12,771 nt of DNA from Elusimicrobiota bacterium (GTDB taxonomy: Bacteria; Elusimicrobiota; Elusimicrobia; UBA1565). The stretch's first letter is position 1; each line of letters begins with the position of its first letter. Below are positions 1-6,822 of this stretch, in pieces. Where the stretch lies: positions 1-12,771 of the forward strand of contig JBDREN010000167.1 of assembly GCA_043819795.1 (NCBI GenBank), given 5' to 3'. The translations under genes were made by a program, and so were the position numbers. Under the pieces are notes generated by a model, which searched no databases, was not told the DNA's origin, and was given only the letters and a program-made list of their open reading frames with translations.

Positions 1-92
1 GCCGTCGCGGCCGCGAGCGGCGGCAAGAGCGGCAGCGAGAGCGGGATCAAGAGCGGCAAGGCGACGAGCAGCGGCGCCGGGAGCATCGGCAT
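1..92 (-). CDS. 5' end of a probable secreted/membrane protein (runs off the window)
   Basis: Minus strand from ATG at 92 reads MPMLPAPLLVALPLLIPLSLPLLPPLAAAT..., a hydrophobic signal-peptide-like stretch ending in AAA, open to the window edge. Confidence 0.5.
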   Translation of the reverse strand, partial: MPMLPAPLLVALPLLIPLSLPLLPPLAAAT

Positions 93-98
93 GGGCGC

Positions 99-107
99 AG
101 TGTACCA
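99..107 (-). promoter_or_regulatory. Extended -10 element (TGG-TACACT) for the minus-strand gene at the left edge
   Basis: Reverse complement of 99-107 is TGGTACACT; the hexamer ends 6 nt before ATG 92. Confidence 0.4.
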
Positions 108-195
108 AATTGGGTTCTCGTCGGAGGATCTTTGGCTTTCGACGGAAAAAGTTTTATATCATTATCCCTCATGCCGGAACCGGGAGGATTGCGCC

Positions 196-1248
196 ATGGC
201 GAAGAAGTCTGATTTCCTAAAGACCCCCGTCGAGCATATCGACATCACGAAGCACGATGTCGTTGGGATGGTGGAGGCCATGTCCAAGATGGCCTTCTCG
301 TCGCGCGACCTCGCGCGCGCGGCCGGCATCTACGACAAGATGCTCGCCGACAAGGATTGCACCGTCATCCTGTGTCTGGCGGGCTCGCTCTTCTCGGCCG
401 GGCTCAAGCGCGTCGTCTACGACCTGGTGCGCCACAACATGGTGGACGCCATCGTGTCCACCGGGGCCGTCATCGTGGACCAGGATTTCTTCGAGGCCAT
501 CGGCTTCAAGCACTATCAGGGTACCAAGTGGGTCGACGACAAGCAGATGCGCTCGGTCCGCGTGGACCGCATCTACGACACTTTCATCGACGAGGACGAG
601 CTGGCGATATCCGACAACACGGTCTCCAGGATCGCGGGGGCGCTCGAGCCGAGGCCCCACTCCTCCCGCGAGTTCATCGAGGAGATGGGGAAGTACCTCG
701 TCAAGAACTGCAAGGTCACGGACTCGGTGATCCTCGAGTGCTTCAAGAAGAACGTGCCCATCTTCGTGCCGGCCTTCTCGGACTGCTCGGCCGGCTTCGG
801 GTTCCTGCACCACCAGTGGCACCACCCGGAGAAGCACGTCTCGATCGACTCCGCCAAGGACTTCCGCGAGCTCGTGCGCATGAAGCTGGCGACCAAGGAG
901 ACCGGCATCGTGATGCTCGGCGGCGGCGTGCCCAAGAACTTCGTCCAGGACGCGGCCGTCGGCGCGGAGATGCTCGGACTTCCGAGCAAGATGCACAAGT
1001 ACGCGGTCCAGATCACCGTGGCCGACGAGCGCGACGGCGCGCTCTCCGGCTCGACGCTGCGCGAGGCCTGCTCCTGGGGCAAGGTGGACATCGTGGACGA
1101 GCAGATGGTGTACGCGGAGGCCACCCTCGCTTTCCCCCTCCTGGCGGGCTATGCCTACCACAAGGGCAGCTGGAAGGAGCGCAAGGGGTTCCGGTGGAGC
1201 GCCCTGCTCAACGACAAGCACGCCGAGGTCCCGACCGCCCTCCTCTGA
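196..1248 (+). CDS. Deoxyhypusine synthase-like protein (probable homospermidine synthase, SpeY-like), 350 aa
   Basis: DHS family motifs IVSTGA, RIYDTFI, PAFSDCSAG, GGGVPKNF, RDGALSGSTLREACSWGKV (catalytic Lys context), EATLAFPL. Start moved from 91 to ATG 196, which follows GGAGGA at 183-188. Confidence 0.9.
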   Translation: MAKKSDFLKTPVEHIDITKHDVVGMVEAMSKMAFSSRDLARAAGIYDKMLADKDCTVILCLAGSLFSAGLKRVVYDLVRHNMVDAIVSTGAVIVDQDFFEAIGFKHYQGTKWVDDKQMRSVRVDRIYDTFIDEDELAISDNTVSRIAGALEPRPHSSREFIEEMGKYLVKNCKVTDSVILECFKKNVPIFVPAFSDCSAGFGFLHHQWHHPEKHVSIDSAKDFRELVRMKLATKETGIVMLGGGVPKNFVQDAAVGAEMLGLPSKMHKYAVQITVADERDGALSGSTLREACSWGKVDIVDEQMVYAEATLAFPLLAGYAYHKGSWKERKGFRWSALLNDKHAEVPTALL

Positions 1249-1294
1249 GGCTTCGGCGGCTGCCGGCGCAAGGAAGCGCGCCCTCGGGGTGGGG

Positions 1295-1446
1295 GGCGTC
1301 AGGCTGCAACTTATGAAACTTATTAGGGAACTGGGTCGATGCTGAGCCCAGCCCTATCCAATAAGTTTCATAAGTTGCAGCCTGACGCCAGCCCTGCCTG
1401 ACGCCGGCCCTAATAAGTTTCATAAGTTGCAGCCTGACGCCGGCCC
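1295..1446. repeat. Inverted-repeat element: three copies of a 30-34 bp unit (one forward, two reverse) plus short GCCTGACGCC subrepeats
   Basis: GGCGTCAGGCTGCAACTTATGAAACTTATTAGGG at 1295-1328; exact reverse complement at 1408-1441; 30-bp reverse complement at 1360-1389; GCCTGACGCC(A/G)GCCC at about 1380, 1396 and 1432. Confidence 0.9.
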
Positions 1447-1457
1447 GCGGTCTGACG

Positions 1458-2498
1458 CTATGATGGGCTTGGCTCTTGCTGGCTGGCGCAGTGGATGGTC
1501 CCGAGGCCGTGGACGAGCGCCCTGCAGTCGATCCCGACGACATCGCGGCCGCCGAAGAGCTCGGCCAGGATCGAGAGCGCCCGGCGGTCGTTGGCGTGCG
1601 CGAAGGTCGGTACGAGGACCGTCTTGTTGCCGATGTAGAAGTTAGCGTAGCTGGCGGGGAGGCGGCCGCCGTCACGGCGCGCCACGACTCCGGGCATCGG
1701 GAGCTTGACGATCGTGAGCGGTCGCCCGTCCTGGTCGGTCGCGCGCCTCAGGAGCTCGTAGTCCTCCATCAGGACCGCGTGGTTGGGATCCGAGACGTCG
1801 TCCTCCCATGCGCAGACCACGGTGTCCTTCGCGACGAAGCGCGCGATGTCGTCCACGTGGCCGTCCGTGTCGTCGCCGGCGATCCCCTCCTTGAGCCACA
1901 CGACATGCTCGGCTCCGAGGTAGTCGCGGAGACGGCCTTCGATCTCCTCGCGGCCCAGGCCGGGGTTGCGGTTCGGGTTGAGCAGACACTGCTCGGTCGT
2001 CAGCAGCGCCCCGCGGCCGTTGACGTCGATGGCCCCCCCCTCCAGCACGACGCCCGGCCTGAAGCGGGGCATGGGCATGGCCGCGAGGATGCTCTCGGGG
2101 ACGCGCGTGTCGCCCTTGAGCTCCTCGTACTTCCCCCCCCACGCGTTGAAGACCCAGTGGGTCATGGCCCGTTTGCCGCGCTCGCGGTCCACGACGAAGA
2201 TCGGGCCGTAGTCGCGGATCCAGATGTCGGCGTAGTCGGCTGTGAAGAAGCGGACCCGCTCCGGGTCCGCGCCCCGCGCCCGCATGAGGCGCGCCGCGCG
2301 CTCCCGCATGGCCTCGCCGGTCACGAAGAGCCGCACCCGCTCGCTGTCCTGGATGGCGGCGATGATCTCCGCGAAGGTCTCTTCGACGCGGGGAAGGTCG
2401 GGGTAGGACTCCTCGTCGTGCGGCCAGGAGAGCCAGATCGCCTCGTGGGGCTCCCACTCGGCGGGCATGCGGTAGCCGAGCGCGCGCGGGGTCTCTAT
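1458..2498 (-). CDS. aguA: Agmatine deiminase (PAD_porph family)
   Basis: TPRALGYRMPAEWEPH N-terminus, DIWIRDYGP, FNAWGGKY, LEGGAIDVNG, DDTDGHVDD, ASYANFY, C-terminal GTIHCASQQEP with catalytic Cys. Start uncertain: ATA at 2498 (with SD) or first ATG at 2468. The ORF-track extension to 2882 overlaps aguB and is not credible. Confidence 0.93.
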   Translation of the reverse strand: METPRALGYRMPAEWEPHEAIWLSWPHDEESYPDLPRVEETFAEIIAAIQDSERVRLFVTGEAMRERAARLMRARGADPERVRFFTADYADIWIRDYGPIFVVDRERGKRAMTHWVFNAWGGKYEELKGDTRVPESILAAMPMPRFRPGVVLEGGAIDVNGRGALLTTEQCLLNPNRNPGLGREEIEGRLRDYLGAEHVVWLKEGIAGDDTDGHVDDIARFVAKDTVVCAWEDDVSDPNHAVLMEDYELLRRATDQDGRPLTIVKLPMPGVVARRDGGRLPASYANFYIGNKTVLVPTFAHANDRRALSILAELFGGRDVVGIDCRALVHGLGTIHCASQQEPSPS

Positions 2499-3349
2499 TT
2501 CCCGGCCTCCGCGAGGGCGGCGTAGGTGTCGGGGCGCCGGTTCCGGAGGAAGCCCCACTCCTCCCGCACGGCCTTGTTGCGGTCGAGGTCGGCCTTCGCA
2601 ACGAGGACTTCCTCTCCCTCTCCGGCTTTGCCGACGACGTTCCCGAAGGAGTCGCAGATGAAGGAGCTCCCCCAGAACCGGAGCTTGCCCTCGGCTCCCG
2701 CGCGGTTGACCGCGGCCACGTGGACGCCGTTGGCGATGGCGTGCGCGCGCTGGATCGTCGTCCAGGCCTCCCGCCAGTCCCCCTCCGGCGCCTGGTAGCC
2801 GTCGATCCAGCCGATGGCTGTCGGATAGAACAGGATCTCGGCTCCGAGCAGCGCGCTGGCGCGGGCCGCCTCCGGGAACCACTGGTCGTAGCAGATCAGG
2901 ACCGAGAGCGCGGCGTAGCGCGTCTTGTGCACGCGGTAGCCCCCGTCTCCCGGCTCGAAATAGCTCTTCTCGTAGTAGTGCTCGTCGTAGGGGACGTGGG
3001 TCTTGCGGTAGGTCCCGAGCAGGGCGCCGTCCGCGTCGATGACCGCGGCCGTATTGAAGAAGCGGCCGTCCGGGGTCTTCTCGAAGACCGGGACGATGAT
3101 GACGGTCTCGAGTTCCTTGGCCAGGCGCGAGAACGCGTCGGTGGACTCCCCGGGGACGGTCTCGGCCAGGTGCGCGACCTTCGCTCCCTCGTCGTGCGGG
3201 AAGTAGCGGCTGCGGTAGAGCTCAGCCAGGCAGACGATCCGCGCGCCTTGCCGCGCGGCCTCCCGGACGTTCGCGGCGGCCTTGGCCGTGTTCGCCCGGA
3301 GGTCGTCGGAGACCTCCATCTGGATCAGCCCGATCCGTACCGGCTTCAT
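2495..3349 (-). CDS. aguB: N-carbamoylputrescine amidase (carbon-nitrogen hydrolase/nitrilase superfamily), 284 aa
   Basis: Glu-Lys-Cys triad in LAELY, YRKTHVP, ICYDQWFPE; YEKSYF, YPTAIGW, QRAHAIANG, FWGSSF, FLRNRRPD; adjacent to aguA; ATG 3349 preceded by GGAGG (3355-3359). Confidence 0.88.
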   Translation of the reverse strand: MKPVRIGLIQMEVSDDLRANTAKAAANVREAARQGARIVCLAELYRSRYFPHDEGAKVAHLAETVPGESTDAFSRLAKELETVIIVPVFEKTPDGRFFNTAAVIDADGALLGTYRKTHVPYDEHYYEKSYFEPGDGGYRVHKTRYAALSVLICYDQWFPEAARASALLGAEILFYPTAIGWIDGYQAPEGDWREAWTTIQRAHAIANGVHVAAVNRAGAEGKLRFWGSSFICDSFGNVVGKAGEGEEVLVAKADLDRNKAVREEWGFLRNRRPDTYAALAEAGK

Positions 3350-3449
3350 TGCCCCCTCCAAGCGGATTCTCGAAATAATCCCCCGGGGGGGCCTTCGAAA
3401 ATCCAAGACGTTCACTATCTATCATATTTGGGCCGGGCGCTGCATCGCA

Positions 3450-3478
3450 TTGACCGTTTTTTCGGTGAATTATATAAT
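3450..3478 (+). promoter_or_regulatory. Sigma70-type promoter for the nucleoside transporter gene
   Basis: TTGACC (3450-3455), 17-nt spacer, TATAAT (3473-3478). Confidence 0.75.
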
Positions 3479-3542
3479 CGGGCGCATTTAAAAAGGCGCT
3501 CGGCCGCGTCGGGCGCCTCTATCTTCCGGCGGAGGCGAGAAA

Positions 3543-4820
3543 GTGGAATTCATCCGAGGGATCATCGGTCTTGCCGGGCTTCTGGGAATCGCGTACGCGC
3601 TCTCCAACAACCGCCGGAAGGTCAGCGGCCGGGTCGTCGCGTGGGGCCTCGGCCTGCAGCTCGTGCTGGGGCTGTTCCTGCTCAAGACGGCTCTAGGGAA
3701 GACGATCTTCGACGCGGCCAACACGGCCATCATCACGCTGCTCGGCTTCTCGGAGAAGGGCGCGAGCTTCGTCTTCGGGAACCTTATCAATGCGACGCTC
3801 GAGGTGAGCGGAGCCGACGGCACTCTCGTCGGGAAGGCCGCTCTGGGCACCGCGTTCTTCGCGTTCAAGGTGCTGCCGACGATCATCTTCTTCTCGGCGC
3901 TGATGTCCATCCTCTACTATCTGGGCGTCATGCAGGTCGTCATCGAGGGTTTCGCGCGTCTCATGAGCAAGACGATGAGGACCAGCGGCGCCGAGTCCCT
4001 TTCGGTCGCCGCGAACATCTTCGTCGGGCAGACCGAGGCGCCGCTGGTGGTGCGGCCGTACGTCTCGAAGATGACCAAGTCGGAGCTCATGGCCGTCATG
4101 GCCGGCGGCTTCGCCACGGTCGCCGGCGGCGTAATGGCGGCCTATGTCGGCTTCTTGAAGGACTCCATCCCGGATATCGCCGGGCACCTGATGACCGCCA
4201 GCATCATGTCCGCGCCGGCGGCCCTGGTCATGGCTAAGATCATGTACCCGGAGACCGCGATCTCCAAGACGGCGGGGCACGTGAAGATCTCCATCCCGAA
4301 GACGGACGCCAACATCGTCGACGCGGCCGCCAGCGGCACGCTCAAGGGACTGGAGCTGGCCTTGAACGTCGGCGCGATGTTGATCGCGTTCATCGCGCTC
4401 GTCCATATGTGCGACGGCATCCTCGGCTGGGCGTCGGGCTACGTCCTGGCGCAGCCCTTGACGCTGCAGAAGATCCTTGGCGGCCTCTTCGCGCCGCTGG
4501 CGTGGCTTATCGGCGCGCCGTGGGCGGATGCCGCCGCGCTCGGCCATCTGCTGGGCACGAAGGTCATCATCAACGAGTTCGTCGCTTACGTCGATCTCGG
4601 CGCGAAGGCCGCCGTGTTCACGTCGCAGAAGACGGCGATCATCGCCTCCTACGCCCTGTGCGGCTTCGCCAACGTGAGCAGCATCGGGATCCAGCTCGGC
4701 GGGATAGGCGGGATCGCGCCGGACCGCCGCCACGACCTAGCGGTCATCGGGCCGCGCGCCTTGGTGGCCGGGGCGCTGGCGTCGTTCATGACCGCGACGA
4801 TCGCGGGATTCCTCGTCTAA
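3543..4820 (+). CDS. nupC: Concentrative nucleoside transporter (CNT/NupC family), 425 aa
   Basis: Polytopic hydrophobic protein with CNT motifs VLPTIIFFSAL, TSGAESL, FVGQTEAPL, GGFATVAGGV, MSAPAAL, GTKVIINEFVAY, YALCGFAN; GTG start after GGAGG. Confidence 0.92.
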   Translation: MEFIRGIIGLAGLLGIAYALSNNRRKVSGRVVAWGLGLQLVLGLFLLKTALGKTIFDAANTAIITLLGFSEKGASFVFGNLINATLEVSGADGTLVGKAALGTAFFAFKVLPTIIFFSALMSILYYLGVMQVVIEGFARLMSKTMRTSGAESLSVAANIFVGQTEAPLVVRPYVSKMTKSELMAVMAGGFATVAGGVMAAYVGFLKDSIPDIAGHLMTASIMSAPAALVMAKIMYPETAISKTAGHVKISIPKTDANIVDAAASGTLKGLELALNVGAMLIAFIALVHMCDGILGWASGYVLAQPLTLQKILGGLFAPLAWLIGAPWADAAALGHLLGTKVIINEFVAYVDLGAKAAVFTSQKTAIIASYALCGFANVSSIGIQLGGIGGIAPDRRHDLAVIGPRALVAGALASFMTATIAGFLV

Positions 4821-5036
4821 AGCACGGATACGGAGCCTCACGCGTGGGCGGGCGCTGGCCCTCGGGCCGCGCCGGAGCGGCGGGAGCCGGCTATTTTTGG
4901 TTTGCGAATAAAAGGCAGCACATGATGCCTAATGGTTCTCTACGGACATAAATAGCACCGAAAGATAACTAACAAGCCATAAGAGCACGATATAGCACTA
5001 TATGATACAAAACAATAGATGGCCTAGATATTATCG

Positions 5037-5065
5037 TTGACACAGCGCGGGCTTTGTATTAGAAT
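5037..5065 (+). promoter_or_regulatory. Sigma70-type promoter for parAB
   Basis: TTGACA (5037-5042), 17-nt spacer, TAGAAT (5060-5065) in an AT-rich intergenic region. Confidence 0.75.
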
Positions 5066-5131
5066 TTGTGAATGATACGGGCGTGTCGCGCACGTAGTAT
5101 AAGAAAAAGACCATGAAACAAAAGAGCGCGT

Positions 5132-5917
5132 ATGGCTGAGGTTTTGGCAATCGCGAACCAGAAGGGCGGAGTGGGTAAGACCACGACCGCGATCAATCTC
5201 GCGGCAGCTTTGGCGCATCTTGGGCAAGACACGCTTCTTGTGGACCTGGATCCCCAGGGGAACGCGACGTCCGGTCTCGGCTTCAATAAGAATTCCGTGG
5301 GCGATGGCGTCTATCAGTCCATGCTGGATCATGTTCCAGCGGAAAAAACCATCAAAGCCACCGGAATCGAACTCTTGGACATAATCTGTTCCACACCAGA
5401 GCTGATTTCCGCGGAATTGGAGCTGACCAACGCGATTTCACGTGAAAACAGGCTCCGGATGGCAATCAAGTCCTTCAAGGATGCCTATTCCATGATTGTT
5501 GTGGATTGCCCGCCTTCCCTGGGCCTGCTCACTATTAATGGGCTGGTCGCCGCCGACAAGGTCCTGATTCCCATCCAGGGAGAGTATTATGCCCTTGAGG
5601 GCCTAGCTCACTTCGTGGGAGCAATCAGAAAGGTCCAGGAGAGGCTCAATCCTGGGCTGGAGCTCGAGGGGGGGGTTTTGACAATGTTCGACCCGCGCTA
5701 CTCGTTGGCTCAACAGGTCAGGGCCGAGCTCCAGAAGTTCTTCAAGGAATCTCTTTACAGAACGTATATTCCGCGATCCGTGCGGCTTGCCGAGGCACCC
5801 GGGTTTGGAAAGACTATTTTTCAGTACGATCCCAAGTCTCGCGGGAGCGAGAGATACCTGGCCTTGGCCGGAGAACTTCTCTCCCGTCGGGGCTGGAAGG
5901 GGATGAGATTAAACTAG
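5132..5917 (+). CDS. parA: Chromosome partitioning ATPase ParA/Soj, 261 aa
   Basis: Deviant Walker A NQKGGVGKTT, DLDPQGNATSGLG, DCPPSLGLLT, EYYALEGL, LTMFD, IPRSVRLAEAP. Confidence 0.97.
   Translation: MAEVLAIANQKGGVGKTTTAINLAAALAHLGQDTLLVDLDPQGNATSGLGFNKNSVGDGVYQSMLDHVPAEKTIKATGIELLDIICSTPELISAELELTNAISRENRLRMAIKSFKDAYSMIVVDCPPSLGLLTINGLVAADKVLIPIQGEYYALEGLAHFVGAIRKVQERLNPGLELEGGVLTMFDPRYSLAQQVRAELQKFFKESLYRTYIPRSVRLAEAPGFGKTIFQYDPKSRGSERYLALAGELLSRRGWKGMRLN
5434..5449. promoter_or_regulatory. parS-like palindrome inside parA
   Basis: GATTTCACGTGAAAAC; the central 12 bp TTTCACGTGAAA is a perfect palindrome identical to the core of TGTTTCACGTGAAACA; the outer 2 bp on each side differ. Confidence 0.5.
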
Positions 5918-5934
5918 AGCCAGAGGAATAGACG

Positions 5935-6822
5935 ATGAGAAAGGCATTGGGACGTGGGCTCGACGCACTATTGGTGCAGACCCCGGATGGGGGGGGATCG
6001 CAGGATTTGCGGTCCGATGGCAGACGGGTCCCAATAAAGTCAATCAAGCCAAGTCGGCTTCAGCCGCGCAAGAATTTCGATGCGGAGCGGCTCAGCGAGT
6101 TGTCCCAATCCATTAAGGAGTACGGACTCGCTCAGCCCATCGTGGTCTCCTACGACGCGATCACCAACACCTACGAGCTCATCGCTGGGGAAAGGCGCCT
6201 TCGAGCGTGCGAACTAGCCGGCCTGACGCATATAGAAGTGGTGGTCCGCACACCGAAGTCGGACAGAGAGCGACTGGCGCTTTCTCTGGTCGAGAACATC
6301 CAGAGAGACGACCTCAACGCCATCGAAACCGCCGTGGCGTACAAGCGGCTGATCGATGAGTTCGAGGTCAATCAGAGCCAGCTTTCCCATGTGCTCGGAA
6401 AATCCAAGTCGGCTATATCGAACACTCTGCGCCTGCTGGACCTTCCGGAGGAGATCCAGAAGGCCGTCCAATTCGAACAGCTTACCGAGGGCCATGCCAG
6501 GGCGCTCCTTATGGTCGGCGATCCGGTCAAGAGGCACAAGCTCTTCCAGGTGGCTGTCGAGCAGCGTCTTTCCGTCCGGGATGTCGAGGGACTGGCCAAG
6601 AGGGTGCAGGCCGGCGGGCCGCTTCCCGGGGAGAGGAAGGCGCAGAAGCTCAAGCCGATTAAATCGGCCGATGTGAACGCCATGGAGAGCGAGCTTGAAA
6701 AGGCGTTCGGGACGCGGGTCGAGATCCGCACGCGGAAGGACGAAAAAAGCGGCCGGATCGTAATCCACTTCTATAACCTGACAGACTTCGACAATATACG
6801 AAAAGCAATTATAAAACAATGA
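5935..6822 (+). CDS. parB: Chromosome partitioning protein ParB/Spo0J, 295 aa
   Basis: N-terminal RKALGRGLDAL peptide, QPRKNF, CTP-binding AGERRLRA, LVENIQRDDLN, HTH GKSKSAISNTLRLL, GHARALL; follows parA. Confidence 0.97.
   Translation: MRKALGRGLDALLVQTPDGGGSQDLRSDGRRVPIKSIKPSRLQPRKNFDAERLSELSQSIKEYGLAQPIVVSYDAITNTYELIAGERRLRACELAGLTHIEVVVRTPKSDRERLALSLVENIQRDDLNAIETAVAYKRLIDEFEVNQSQLSHVLGKSKSAISNTLRLLDLPEEIQKAVQFEQLTEGHARALLMVGDPVKRHKLFQVAVEQRLSVRDVEGLAKRVQAGGPLPGERKAQKLKPIKSADVNAMESELEKAFGTRVEIRTRKDEKSGRIVIHFYNLTDFDNIRKAIIKQ

Noticed and set aside
1295..1446. Possible mini CRISPR array (34-bp repeats)
   Set aside because: Copies are in opposite orientations, intervening sequence is short and built from repeat fragments, and no cas genes are present.
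2495..2505. Programmed -1 frameshift at GGGAAAT joining aguB to aguA
   Set aside because: The heptamer is phased GGG-AAA-TAG in the aguB frame, not X-XXY-YYZ, so canonical tandem slippage is not supported.
3543..4820. NupC as an agmatine or polyamine importer for the divergent aguBA operon
   Set aside because: Canonical CNT nucleoside-binding motifs (GQTE, NEF, FAN.SS) are intact, so a nucleoside substrate is more likely.
4890..5130. oriC in the AT-rich spacer before parA
   Set aside because: No convincing DnaA boxes (TTATCCACA) found on either strand and dnaA is not adjacent.
5332..5394. Additional parS half-sites (TGTTCCAG, TGTTCCAC) in parA
   Set aside because: Only one half matches in each case; no palindrome.
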